A DNA stretch of 35,294 nt from an uncultured Candidatus Saccharibacteria bacterium (GCA_963514175.1 CAUPTC010000001.1:1-35294); one strand, 5' to 3'; positions 8,337-18,445 are shown, numbered from the stretch's first letter. Notes: generated by a model not told the origin, from the letters alone. Numbers and translations: made by a program.

Positions 8337-10355
8337 CTACTCTGCTCTTAGGTCGCTGGCGGGTGAGCGATGGGTGTTGCTGATGATTGGCTGGATGCTG
8401 GCGATTAGCGCAACTACGATGATGCTGAGGTTGACGAGTGCCAGCTGAGCCAGCGTCGATTTGTCAATGGCAAATAGCTTGATCTGTGATGACCCGCCGA
8501 TGATGCTGACTGACGACCGAGCGATGGCGGTAAGCTTCGGAGCGAAGACTTGGTCAATGGCGACCGATATACCCATACCGATAATCCCGGCGATGATGAT
8601 GGTCAAGATAGCCAGCATCAGGGCGTACACCAGGTATATCAGGGTGATGTCTCGGCGCTTGGCACCGATAGCTCGATAGACGGCGGTCTCTTGCCGACTC
8701 TCGGAGATGATTCGAGAGATGGTAGTCCAGATGATGATGATAGCCAGCCCGGCGATAATAGCGGCGACGATGGTGATGGTCTGCCTGAGTTGTCTCGCCA
8801 GCTCGTCAAGCACCAGAAAGTTGACGCCATATTGCTCCGCTACATAGGGCTTGCTACTGTCGCTAGCCCTTTGCTCGGTCGTGGTTTGTTCGGTCATGAA
8901 CCGATGAGCCTGCTGGGCAGTAGCGAACTCCAGTAGTCCGTAGGGAAATTGCTTGGCAAGCCGGTCGGGCAAGTCCAGAGTGTCAAGTACATCGGGTTTT
9001 TCACCGATGATATTGTCAAGCTTCTGCTTAGTCGGCAGGCGGCTATAAAGATTGGCTGGGATGAGCGCCATGTTATGAAAGAATGGACGAGCAGCCAAGA
9101 TTGACTTGCCGATACCGATAAGATCTTTGCCGTTGTCGTCCTGTGTATTCGACTCGTTAGACACGCCCACAACTTGCATAGTGATGAGCTGGTGGTACGG
9201 TAAGATTGGCTCATCTTGGCGTTGTTTGAGCAGATTTTGCTTGTCTTGCTCTGTTTTCTGTTCGGCGGTGCGCTTATCGGCAATGATGGTGATATCGCCA
9301 CAAGGTGTGGTCGGTAGACGATAATATAGCCCCGCCCCATCGGTTGGCACCCAGGCGGTCTTCGATTTATTGGCATTACTACTATTAGAATCCTTGGAAT
9401 CAGTACCGGCCAGCTCATTTCTCGCCTGCTGAATCTTAGTCAAGATGTCTTGCTCGACTTTATTACGATGGCAGATCTGATAAGTGAGGCCGCTCGCTTT
9501 AGTCTTGATCTGCTTGAGCCAGTCTACCCTGGCCTGATCGTCAGCGGGTGGTTGCGGGCTGACACCAAGCCGGCCGGCAAATTTCTTAGCTAAGTGAGCG
9601 GCGGGGATGACTACCGGGACACCCTTGAGCCGACCATGATAAGTGATATATTTGTCCGTCAGTTTACCGGCGGCACCGGTGTAGTGGGCGGAGCTGATCG
9701 GGTTGTCGTCATAGATTAGTTTATTATCTACCCAGTCTTTGAGCTCTTCCTTGCCATCCACGACCAGCTTGGTGTCGATGAATTTGTAGAATAAGTCACC
9801 ATTAGGGCTGGGATAATAGCCGGTGGAGCCATACTTCTTGGCGGTGGCAATTAGATTGGCTGTCTTATTGGTGGCTGATTTAGCCCATCGCTCGTATTCT
9901 CGGCTAAATAGTTGCTTGGTGATACTTGAACTATGATCAATGGTGACTTGATACTTGGTTGGTTCACTCTTGTTGCTGAATTCGTCAAACTTAAGCGCCG
10001 GCGCATCTTCGCCGGGGTCATACTTTAGCCCTTGCGCCTGATATTGCTTACTCTTGGCAGCCCGATATTGGGTCTCGAAGCTTCTGACCTCGTCGATGGT
10101 CCGGTGAGATGGATTGTTGAACTTGTCGATAATCTTATTGGTCGGGATGTTGGCGTTGATGGCGACCTGATAGCGCTTGCCGCCCACCTCCTTAATGAAA
10201 CGATCCAGGCTAGTGACGACTCCGTTAGCGATGACAATCGTGGCGATCAGTACACCGAAGAGCAGCCCTGAGGTGATCAGTGACAGAATAGTCAGTCGGC
10301 GCTTGGTATGGAACTTTGCCTTGGCGAGGCGGATGGCGTTCAGAGTCTTGATCAT
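8337..10355 (-). CDS. MacB/FtsX-type ABC transporter permease with large extracytoplasmic domain
   Basis: N-terminal TM, ~480-aa soluble region, C-terminal FtsX domain (ESRQETAVYRAIGAKRRDI) with 3 TMs; ATGA overlap with the ATPase. Confidence 0.9.
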   Translation of the reverse strand: MIKTLNAIRLAKAKFHTKRRLTILSLITSGLLFGVLIATIVIANGVVTSLDRFIKEVGGKRYQVAINANIPTNKIIDKFNNPSHRTIDEVRSFETQYRAAKSKQYQAQGLKYDPGEDAPALKFDEFSNKSEPTKYQVTIDHSSSITKQLFSREYERWAKSATNKTANLIATAKKYGSTGYYPSPNGDLFYKFIDTKLVVDGKEELKDWVDNKLIYDDNPISSAHYTGAAGKLTDKYITYHGRLKGVPVVIPAAHLAKKFAGRLGVSPQPPADDQARVDWLKQIKTKASGLTYQICHRNKVEQDILTKIQQARNELAGTDSKDSNSSNANKSKTAWVPTDGAGLYYRLPTTPCGDITIIADKRTAEQKTEQDKQNLLKQRQDEPILPYHQLITMQVVGVSNESNTQDDNGKDLIGIGKSILAARPFFHNMALIPANLYSRLPTKQKLDNIIGEKPDVLDTLDLPDRLAKQFPYGLLEFATAQQAHRFMTEQTTTEQRASDSSKPYVAEQYGVNFLVLDELARQLRQTITIVAAIIAGLAIIIIWTTISRIISESRQETAVYRAIGAKRRDITLIYLVYALMLAILTIIIAGIIGMGISVAIDQVFAPKLTAIARSSVSIIGGSSQIKLFAIDKSTLAQLALVNLSIIVVALIASIQPIISNTHRSPASDLRAE

Positions 10356-11113
10356 AGCACCCCCGCCTTCGTCTCCGCCGGTCGGTTGGCGGCGGCTGTA
10401 TCTCTGACGATTGCCCCGTCACGCAGCTCGATGACTCGGTCGGCTTCTCCGGCAATCTGTTGGTTGTGGGTGACTATCACTACTGTCGTACCGAGCTGGC
10501 GGTTAATCTGATGAAAGATGCCGGTGATGGTCCGACTGTTTGCCGAGTCCAGGTTGCCGGTCGGTTCGTCAGCCAGTAGTATGCTCGGGCGATTGATGAT
10601 GGCTCGGCAGATGGCGACTCGCTGGGCTTGCCCACCCGATAGTTCGCTCGGCAAGGCGTCGATCTTCTCGTCGAGTCCGACGGCGTAGAGAGTCTGGCGA
10701 GCCTTATCTCGGGCTTGATTGTAGGGCTGTCCGGCAAACATCGTCGGCACCATGACATTGTTGACGACAGAGAGGAACGGCTGGAGGTGAAACGCCTGAA
10801 AGACGAAGCCGATACTGGTGCTGCGCAACTGACTCAGCTGGTTGTCATTAAGCCTAGCGATGTCTTGTCCATTGATGTAGACCTGACCGGCTGAAGGCTT
10901 CTCCAGAGCACCGATCAGTCGTAGCATAGTACTCTTGCCGCTACCACTTTCTCCGGTGATGGCGACAAACTCACCCGGTCGAATGCTTAACGATACATCC
11001 CTTAGGGCGGTTACTGTCTGGCGCCTGAGCTGATAAGATTGGCTAACTTGGCTCAGCAATATAGCACTACTGCCACCGGCTACTTTTTGGTTTAGCTCTT
11101 TCCCACCTGCCAT
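10352..11113 (-). CDS. ABC transporter ATP-binding protein (LolD/MacB-type)
   Basis: [35 protein letters not shown]. Confidence 0.95.
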   Translation of the reverse strand: MAGGKELNQKVAGGSSAILLSQVSQSYQLRRQTVTALRDVSLSIRPGEFVAITGESGSGKSTMLRLIGALEKPSAGQVYINGQDIARLNDNQLSQLRSTSIGFVFQAFHLQPFLSVVNNVMVPTMFAGQPYNQARDKARQTLYAVGLDEKIDALPSELSGGQAQRVAICRAIINRPSILLADEPTGNLDSANSRTITGIFHQINRQLGTTVVIVTHNQQIAGEADRVIELRDGAIVRDTAAANRPAETKAGVL

Positions 11114-11235
11114 TACTGATTATTAGTATAGTCCAGGTTTTCAGTTGTGGCAAGGCAGAACAACATGCTGTCTGCAAGATCTGTTGCAATAAATCTTGGA
11201 TGACTAATTTATGACGTGCGTGTTGGGCTTGTATT

Positions 11236-11263
11236 TTGACTAAACTACAACGCTTACTACAAT
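11236..11263 (+). promoter_or_regulatory. Putative sigma70 promoter for the AT-rich ABC operon
   Basis: TTGACT (11236-11241), 16 nt, TACAAT (11258-11263). Confidence 0.45.
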
Positions 11264-11339
11264 AAGCACATCTTGTATTCGCTTATGGTATGACCTATAC
11301 TCCCTTTGAGGGGAAGTTAAGTAGGCTAGGCTAGTCAAA

Positions 11340-12041
11340 ATGAAACCACTGATTGATCTACGAAGGGTCGAAAAAACATATTTAGCCAAAAGACAGGCTA
11401 TCATAGCTTTGCGTAGTGTCAGTTTGCAAGTTAAACAGGGTGAGTTTCTAGCTATAACCGGAGAAAGCGGTAGTGGCAAGAGCACTATGCTACGGATAAT
11501 TGGCGGACTGGAGAAGCCGACTTCGGGGCAAGTGATTATTGATGGGCATGACGTATCAAAGTTTAGTGACCATGAACTGAGTAAGTTACGCAATGAGAAA
11601 ATCGGTTTCGTCTTTCAGTCATTCAATTTACAGCCGTTCTTATCGGTACTTGACAACGTTTCTACGCCGGCAATATTTGCAGGAAGTCCGCTCAAGCTAT
11701 CACGGGACAGAGCTAAACAACTGTTGGAGTCTGTTGGGCTGGGAGATAAGGCAAACTCGCTACCCGGCGAGCTATCTGGCGGTCAGATGCAGCGAGTGGC
11801 AATTTGCCGGTCAGTTATTAATCGCCCTAGCATATTGTTGGCTGATGAGCCGACGGGAAACCTTGATTCTGTCAACAGCCGGGTGATATACGATTTATTT
11901 AGGGAAATAAACCGGAGACTGAGTACAACCATAGTAATCGTGACTCACAGCCAAAACATGGCTAATCACGCTGATAGAATTATTAGGCTTAGGGATGGAG
12001 AGATTATTGGTGATGTGGATCGCTGGGAGGATGGAGAATGA
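11340..12041 (+). CDS. ABC transporter ATP-binding protein (LolD/MacB-type), paralog of 10352..11113
   Basis: [29 protein letters not shown]. Confidence 0.95.
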   Translation: MKPLIDLRRVEKTYLAKRQAIIALRSVSLQVKQGEFLAITGESGSGKSTMLRIIGGLEKPTSGQVIIDGHDVSKFSDHELSKLRNEKIGFVFQSFNLQPFLSVLDNVSTPAIFAGSPLKLSRDRAKQLLESVGLGDKANSLPGELSGGQMQRVAICRSVINRPSILLADEPTGNLDSVNSRVIYDLFREINRRLSTTIVIVTHSQNMANHADRIIRLRDGEIIGDVDRWEDGE

Positions 12042-14026
12042 TAAGGACTACTGCGGCTATACTTTTAGCTAAATCTAAATTCCACACTAAACGTAGGCTA
12101 ACAATCTTATCGTTATCTATTGCTAGCATATTACTAGGTGTCCTGATGACATTAACTGTAATATCGCATGGACTAATCACAAACTTAAATAAGTATGTTA
12201 AAAAAGCTGGTGGCGAAAAATACCAGGTATCCGTGAGGGCAATTATTCCATCTGATATAAGCTCCTCCTTTGACAATCTCGATCACACCACCATTGATAA
12301 TATTCGACTCTTTGAGAAACAGTATCGTACAACGAAAGCTGAACAATACCGCTTGCTGGGACTGAAATACAATGAAAGTGAAGATGCGCCAGCGTTAAGG
12401 TTTAGTCAGTTTGCATCGAAAGGTGAACCCGAGAAGTACCGTGTTGAATTTGATGACTCTTCTCCCATTGCTAAAAAATTGATTAATCGTAAATACGAGG
12501 AATGGGCTAAGACGGCGAAAAATAAGACTCGGGACCTACTGAACACCGTAAAAAAATATGGTAAACCTTTGTACTACTCAAATTATGGCGCCTATAAGAA
12601 TTATCTAAATCAGAATAACTCGCAAATCATTATTAATAACCGGGAAAGACTAAGTAATTGGGTCGATAATAAGAGTATGTATAGTGGCAATAGTCTCAAG
12701 AGAAGCTACTTTGCTGGTGTTAATGACAAACTTGTTGAGAAATATATTACATATCATGGGAAACTGAAGGGCATCCCTGTTGTTGCCTCTGTTTACGATG
12801 TTGCTGATTTGTTTGGCGACCAATTGCATGTTGACAGAAAACCGCCAAACGGCAATGCAGCCAGAGCAGAATGGTTAAAAGAGGTACAACATAAAGCTAA
12901 TGGCTTTACTTATCAAGTATGTTATCGCAACGCTGTTGAGCGTACAGTACTAACCAAGATTCAACAGGCTAGCAATGATACGTCAAATGAAAAGATAGAT
13001 AACCGTGAAGGTGCTTCGGCTGATGGAGAGGGTCTATATTATCGACTGCCAACTATACCTTGCGGTGATATAGTTGCCGTGGCTGATAGACGTACTGTCG
13101 AACAAAAGAATAACGACCTCTTGCAAAACATTGCGAATAAGAAACTTGGGATTGCTACCGATCCAAGACATCGACTAATAACTATGCAAATAGTTGGGAT
13201 ATCAAATGAAAAAGAGGATCCGACTGTGATGGTTAATAATAACATTTTTGATATGGCAAGGTCAGTTTTGAAATCGAGTCCAGGTTTTGGAGGTACTACA
13301 TTGGTTCCAAATACGTTGTACTTATCGGCCCCAAATGATGCAAGGGTTGATAATCTAGACAGCGAGGACTTGACTCTTGATGCGGTGGCTGGTCTATCGG
13401 ACTCTACGTCCAAACAATTTCCTTATGGCATGCTAGAGTTCTCATCAGCTGAACAAGCTCGTAAATTTCTTGCCAACGAGACGTGCAATATCTCAAATCC
13501 AAATTGTGGAAAGGCTTATGAAGCGTCACAGTACGGCGTTAATTTCCTTGTGCTTGACGACTTAATTAATGGCGTGAATAGAATTATTTCTATCATTTTT
13601 GTAGTGGTTGCTAGTCTGGTGGCGATAATCATATGGTTAACAATTTCTCGAATTATAAGTGAGAGCAGACGTGAGACAGCTGTTTATCGTGCCGTTGGAG
13701 CTAAGAGAGCAGACATTGTTCTTGTCTATCTATCTTATACGATCATGCTAGCTTTGATCATTATTGCTTTCGCATTTATCATTGCAACCATTCTATCTGC
13801 CGTCGTCGCATATATGGCAACACCATATTTATTAGTGGCGGCTCAGGCTTCGTTTGGTATTATAGGTAGCATTTCGACCGTTAGTCTGGTTGAGCTGAAT
13901 GATTACGTGTTGGTCATGATGTTATGGATGGCTTTATTGATTGTGGCAATATCAGTTTTGTCTGCTATTCAGCCTATAGTTCGTAATATGAGAAGGGAGC
14001 CCGCAAATGACTTAGCTGTTGAGTGA
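12038..14026 (+). CDS. MacB/FtsX-type ABC transporter permease, paralog of 8337..10355
   Basis: Same architecture; shared KFHTKRRLTILSL, YITYHGxLKG, LYYRLPTxPCGDI, QYGVNFLVLD, TISRIISESR. Confidence 0.9.
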   Translation: MIRTTAAILLAKSKFHTKRRLTILSLSIASILLGVLMTLTVISHGLITNLNKYVKKAGGEKYQVSVRAIIPSDISSSFDNLDHTTIDNIRLFEKQYRTTKAEQYRLLGLKYNESEDAPALRFSQFASKGEPEKYRVEFDDSSPIAKKLINRKYEEWAKTAKNKTRDLLNTVKKYGKPLYYSNYGAYKNYLNQNNSQIIINNRERLSNWVDNKSMYSGNSLKRSYFAGVNDKLVEKYITYHGKLKGIPVVASVYDVADLFGDQLHVDRKPPNGNAARAEWLKEVQHKANGFTYQVCYRNAVERTVLTKIQQASNDTSNEKIDNREGASADGEGLYYRLPTIPCGDIVAVADRRTVEQKNNDLLQNIANKKLGIATDPRHRLITMQIVGISNEKEDPTVMVNNNIFDMARSVLKSSPGFGGTTLVPNTLYLSAPNDARVDNLDSEDLTLDAVAGLSDSTSKQFPYGMLEFSSAEQARKFLANETCNISNPNCGKAYEASQYGVNFLVLDDLINGVNRIISIIFVVVASLVAIIIWLTISRIISESRRETAVYRAVGAKRADIVLVYLSYTIMLALIIIAFAFIIATILSAVVAYMATPYLLVAAQASFGIIGSISTVSLVELNDYVLVMMLWMALLIVAISVLSAIQPIVRNMRREPANDLAVE

Positions 14027-14098
14027 AATTGAGTGGCTGTTGGTTTTAATTTACCTAATATTATTAATTAGTAGCTAACTAATACCTGTTGCATTAGT

Positions 14099-14446
14099 TT
14101 GCAAGGAGGATGTTATACTAGTATATTATCAACAAAAATTGCTTCCAAAATAAGTCTTGCGCTTGTAGCGTTTGGCGTGGTGGCGGTTATGTCTGTTGTT
14201 GGGGCTAAGCCAGCAATGGCTAAACAGCACGACATAAATATGTGGGATGCTTGCGAATACCAATACGGCTCCATTATGAGTGTCGTCTCAATCGCTGATA
14301 ACGTTTACGGTTGGCGATGTCATTGGTGGGGATCTAACGGTCGTATGTATGGACAGCTGAATCTCAGAAGTTACTGTGGCCACAGATATGGACAGGGAGC
14401 ATACTATCGCAATTTCCACGATAAATACAGCTGGTATTGCGGATAA
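14099..14446 (+). CDS. Small secreted protein with 4 Cys in the mature part and two internal repeats; start codon uncertain
   Basis: Signal peptide (KIASK, hydrophobic core, AMA cleavage site); ~74-aa mature region rich in Y/W/G; followed by a strong hairpin. Confidence 0.75.
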   Translation: MQGGCYTSILSTKIASKISLALVAFGVVAVMSVVGAKPAMAKQHDINMWDACEYQYGSIMSVVSIADNVYGWRCHWWGSNGRMYGQLNLRSYCGHRYGQGAYYRNFHDKYSWYCG

Positions 14447-14460
14447 ATAACTTGCTGACG

Positions 14461-14500
14461 TTAAAATTAAAGGAGTCTTCAAGGACTCCTTTAATTTTAA
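14461..14500. terminator. Bidirectional intrinsic terminator
   Basis: Perfect 17-bp inverted repeat TTAAAATTAAAGGAGTC-ttcaag-GACTCCTTTAATTTTAA between convergent genes. Confidence 0.85.
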
Positions 14501-14578
14501 AATAGTAGAACGTGCTAGCGATGCTTCGGATGTATGTGATTATGATTATGTGCATGCTTTAGGGCAAGCCAGTATAAT

Positions 14579-15757
14579 TTAAGGGACTAAGTCCAGTACC
14601 ACCAGGTTCTCGATGTGGGGCGTGCGAGGAAAGAAGTTAAACGGTTGGCAAAGGACGGGGCGATAATCTGAGCCGAGACAGGCGATGTCTCGAGCCTGGG
14701 TGACGGGATTGCAGGAGAGGTAGATAAGACGAGGCGGCTTTACCTCGGCTAGACGGGCAACCAGCTTGCTATCCAGTCCGGCTCGAGGTGGGTCAACGAT
14801 GATGGTAGCCTCAGGTGTGATATACTCTAACGCATCTTCGGAACGGGCGTGTATAGCGGTGATATTAGGATGATCACCGGGTAAATTGCGCTCCAGCTCG
14901 CCAAAGGCATGGCGATCGGTCTCAACCAAGGCTAACCGGCGGTCACGAGCCACCGATAGCCCGATAGTACCGACGCCGGCGTACATATCTACGACTTGGT
15001 CGGTGGTGATGAATGGCTTGATGGTCTGTAGCGCCAGCTGATAGACCGGCAGGTTGATCTGGAAGAAGCCATTTGGCGAGTAGGTATAGCGGTGCCCTAA
15101 TATGGCATCGCTAAGCTGTTTCATCTGAGGATGAGGCTGATTCATAGCGAAGATAGCGCTGCTAACCTGCCCTGCCTGGTCGCACCTGATCATGATTGAT
15201 TGATAGTGGCGAGCTTGAGCTCCGGTGCTATTGAGCTGATTGATCAGGCGATTAGCCTCTTGCCAGATTTCGACTCGTTCTATCGAGCTATGCTGTACGG
15301 CAATCTTGCGATGGCTACCCCGCTGGTGAAAAGCCGGGTAGATGCGCTCAGTCTGATGATCCCACCACAGTGAGTACTCCATCTTGTTGCGGTAGTGATA
15401 ATACCGCCCATCGCTGACGATTTCGTTTGGCTCGATCTCTACCCGGTGCTGACGGAAAGCTTCTTTGACTAGCGCTACCTTATGCCGGCTTTCTGCAGAC
15501 TCAGTCATGATCTGCCAGGGTGAAGTGGCGAGGAAGCAATCGTCCCTCGGGGCGATCCGATCGGGCGACGGCTTGATGACCTCGGTGACGATGGCTTCGG
15601 CGTGAGTTTTCTTTAGCTTGGTTAGCCGGACTAGAGCGGTCTCACCCGGTAAAGCTCCCCAGACGAAGACTTTCCTGCCGTCAGTTAGGCCGCCGATAGC
15701 TTGCCCGCCCGGGACCAGCTTCTCCAGCTTGACTACTTCCTTAATGACCCGCTTCAC
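14579..15757 (-). CDS. TRAM-domain SAM-dependent RNA m5U methyltransferase (RlmD/TrmA family)
   Basis: VFVWGALPGE (TRAM), YRNKMEY, FFQIN, DMYAGVGTIG, VDPPRAGL, YLSCNP (catalytic Cys), FPRTPHIE. GTG 15757 preferred as start because it gives only a short overlap with the pullulanase stop. Confidence 0.9.
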   Translation of the reverse strand: MKRVIKEVVKLEKLVPGGQAIGGLTDGRKVFVWGALPGETALVRLTKLKKTHAEAIVTEVIKPSPDRIAPRDDCFLATSPWQIMTESAESRHKVALVKEAFRQHRVEIEPNEIVSDGRYYHYRNKMEYSLWWDHQTERIYPAFHQRGSHRKIAVQHSSIERVEIWQEANRLINQLNSTGAQARHYQSIMIRCDQAGQVSSAIFAMNQPHPQMKQLSDAILGHRYTYSPNGFFQINLPVYQLALQTIKPFITTDQVVDMYAGVGTIGLSVARDRRLALVETDRHAFGELERNLPGDHPNITAIHARSEDALEYITPEATIIVDPPRAGLDSKLVARLAEVKPPRLIYLSCNPVTQARDIACLGSDYRPVLCQPFNFFPRTPHIENLVVLDLVP

Positions 15758-17678
15758 GTCTCTGACCCAGGATGATGAAACTAACCGGCTCGACGCCGAT
15801 CTCGCTCTCGACCGGTTGAGGATTCTGCCACAGCCAGGTGTCATTGGTGGTAGCTAGAACCTGCCATTCACCGGTAAGGTTAAGGAGATGAGGTGCTTGA
15901 TTACGATTATAGACGACCATCAGCTTAGCCCAGGGCGACGAATGGTCTTGGTCGTCATTGTCTAGCGAATAGCCGACTATGCCGGGGGTGTGCCAACTAT
16001 CATATTGACGCCGATGGGCACTCGGCGACTTGTCGTAGAGGGCGGGTAGTTGCTGACGAAGAGAGATTAGCCCTCGATAAAACTCGGCTAGTGACCGCTC
16101 TTCGCCTACCCTACTCCAGTCGAGCTGACTAAGCTCAATTGGTGAGCGGTAGGAGTTGGTCTGGCCGTGCTTGGTCCGACGAAAAGTCGAGCCCGATAGC
16201 ATGAAGGGTCGCCCCTGACAAGTCAGATAGATGCCGACAGCGAGGCGGTACTGTCTGCGGCGCAGCGACTCGTCGGGCGTGGTGCTGGTGAGCTTGTCCC
16301 AGAGAGTCTGATTGTCATGAGCAGAGACGTAGTTGATGATCTGCGCCGGACTAGCGACGTCTGAGCCTTCGCCACACCAAGCCACAGCACTCCTCAGGAG
16401 TGCTTCTTCTTTATCCGCCGCTCCATTGACGAAGCCGGCTTCCGCTATATTGCCGGCCGACCCTTTAATGGCATCTCTGGTCTTGTCGCAAAAGATGCCG
16501 ATGCTGTGACTCAGGAGCTTAAGGTTGTCTCGATTAGCCAGCGGCTGTCCATCCATAGCTGCGCTACTACCGGCCGCCCAAGGCTCACCGTAGATGAGCT
16601 TCTCGCCTGTTCCGAACTGCCGGTCGAGAAGATCTTGGATCCGGTTCATCAGCTCTATTGTCAGTACCCCCATCAAATCAAAGCGAAAGCCGTCGAGGTG
16701 GTACTCGTTTGCCCAGTAGAGGACGCTGTCGGTAATGTATTTGGCTACCATTGGTCGCTCGCTGGCCAGATCGTTACCACACCCCGAGCCATTGGTAAGC
16801 TCACCATCCTTGGTGCGATAGAAGTAATAAGGCATGGTCTGCTCTAGTGCCGTATCCAGGCTCCAGGTGTGATTGTAGACTACGTCCATAACCACTCGGA
16901 AGCCCTGCTGGTGGAGCGACTGGATGGCTCGTTTAAGCTCTCTGATGCGCACCTCGCCGTGGCAGGGATCGGTCGAGTACGAGCCCTCCGGCACATTGTA
17001 ATTAACCGGGTCGTAGCCCCAGTTAAACTCGCTGCCGCTCCGCTCGTCGACCGAGCCGAAGTCATAGATGGGCATGAGCTGCAAGTGGGTGATGCCGATA
17101 TGCTTGAGATAAGCCAACCCCGTCTTGGTCTGACCGTCACTATTCAGGCTGGTGTCGGGGATGGCTAGGGCTAAGAACTTGCCTCGCACCGGCTCGGCCC
17201 AGCCGCCGGCCGGATCGGACGAAAACTCCTTGATGTGTATCTCGTCAATGATTTGTTCCGGCGTGAGCTCGGGTGGGCGGTCGTTTAGCCAGTTGAGTGG
17301 ATTGGTCCGGCTGAAGTCTACCAGCATAGCTCGCCTGCCATTGATGCCGGTGGTGCGAGCGTAAGGGTCACCGGCTTGATGAGTCTCGCCGTCAATGGTG
17401 ATGGTGAAGTCGTAATAGATGCCATGAAAGCTACGGGGAGCTGACCACACCCAGACACCGTTCGCCTGCTCAGTCATGGTGGCTTGCCAATAAGGCTGAC
17501 CGGTCGATTTACCGTCGTGGTAGAAGTTGAGCTTGACGGCTTGGGCGACCGGACTCCATAGCTTGATCACGGTCCCCTGCTCCGTCACGGTAGCGCCGAG
17601 ATCATTGCCGTCATAATAGTACTGCTGATGAAAGTCAGCTGAGTCATATAGATCTGCCCACTGTTTGATCGTTCTCAC
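15741..17678 (-). CDS. pulA: Type I pullulanase / glycogen debranching enzyme (GH13), no signal peptide
   Basis: FNWGYDPVNY, MDVVYNH, DGFRFDLMG, YGEPW, NYVSAHDN; N-terminal CBM48-like DLGAT...LWSP. Confidence 0.92.
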   Translation of the reverse strand: MRTIKQWADLYDSADFHQQYYYDGNDLGATVTEQGTVIKLWSPVAQAVKLNFYHDGKSTGQPYWQATMTEQANGVWVWSAPRSFHGIYYDFTITIDGETHQAGDPYARTTGINGRRAMLVDFSRTNPLNWLNDRPPELTPEQIIDEIHIKEFSSDPAGGWAEPVRGKFLALAIPDTSLNSDGQTKTGLAYLKHIGITHLQLMPIYDFGSVDERSGSEFNWGYDPVNYNVPEGSYSTDPCHGEVRIRELKRAIQSLHQQGFRVVMDVVYNHTWSLDTALEQTMPYYFYRTKDGELTNGSGCGNDLASERPMVAKYITDSVLYWANEYHLDGFRFDLMGVLTIELMNRIQDLLDRQFGTGEKLIYGEPWAAGSSAAMDGQPLANRDNLKLLSHSIGIFCDKTRDAIKGSAGNIAEAGFVNGAADKEEALLRSAVAWCGEGSDVASPAQIINYVSAHDNQTLWDKLTSTTPDESLRRRQYRLAVGIYLTCQGRPFMLSGSTFRRTKHGQTNSYRSPIELSQLDWSRVGEERSLAEFYRGLISLRQQLPALYDKSPSAHRRQYDSWHTPGIVGYSLDNDDQDHSSPWAKLMVVYNRNQAPHLLNLTGEWQVLATTNDTWLWQNPQPVESEIGVEPVSFIILGQRREAGH

Positions 17679-17731
17679 TAGCTGAATTATACCACGGCGC
17701 AGGCTCAGGATATGATAAACTAAAGCTAGTT

Positions 17732-18445
17732 ATGGTGACTAATAAGTCTGAGTCGAAGCCGATTATTTCGTTACACCAAGTGACCAAAGTGTATGGCAAG
17801 GGTGATAATGCCGTCGAGGCGCTGCGAGGTATCGACCTGGATATCCGCTCGGGTGAGGCGATAGCCATCATCGGTAGAAGCGGCAGCGGTAAGTCTACCC
17901 TGGCTCATGTCATGGCGACACTCGATAGACCGACTAGCGGCAAGGTATTGATCAATGGCTCAGAGGTCGGACGGCGCTCCAGGCGTGCCTCCAATCGTCT
18001 ACGCAACCAGGAGATCGGCTTCGTCTTCCAGCAATTCTTTATGAACGCCAGGGACAGCGTCTTAGATAACGTCATGCTGCCGATGGTGATCGCCGGGATT
18101 CGCCCTAAGTTGCGTCGCAAGCGGGCGCTTGATGCCCTGGAGACGGTCGGGCTGCTGGACAAAGCTTACGCTCGGGCGAGCGATCTGTCGGGTGGGCAGA
18201 AGCAGCGAGTTTGTATCGCTCGGGCGATTGTCAACAAGCCCTCCATCATTTTAGCCGATGAACCGACCGGTAATCTGGATACGGCGACCAGTCGAGTAGT
18301 GGAGGATATGCTCTTTCGGCTTAATCAAGAGCGAGGCATCACCTTGGTCATTGTTACCCATGATCCTGACTTAGCTCAGCGTTGCGGTCGGCAAGTTCGG
18401 ATTGCTGATGGTCAAGTCGTCGGTGATCAAAAGGAGCGGAAATGA
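17732..18445 (+). CDS. ABC transporter ATP-binding protein (LolD/MacB-type)
   Basis: [38 protein letters not shown]. Confidence 0.95.
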   Translation: MVTNKSESKPIISLHQVTKVYGKGDNAVEALRGIDLDIRSGEAIAIIGRSGSGKSTLAHVMATLDRPTSGKVLINGSEVGRRSRRASNRLRNQEIGFVFQQFFMNARDSVLDNVMLPMVIAGIRPKLRRKRALDALETVGLLDKAYARASDLSGGQKQRVCIARAIVNKPSIILADEPTGNLDTATSRVVEDMLFRLNQERGITLVIVTHDPDLAQRCGRQVRIADGQVVGDQKERK

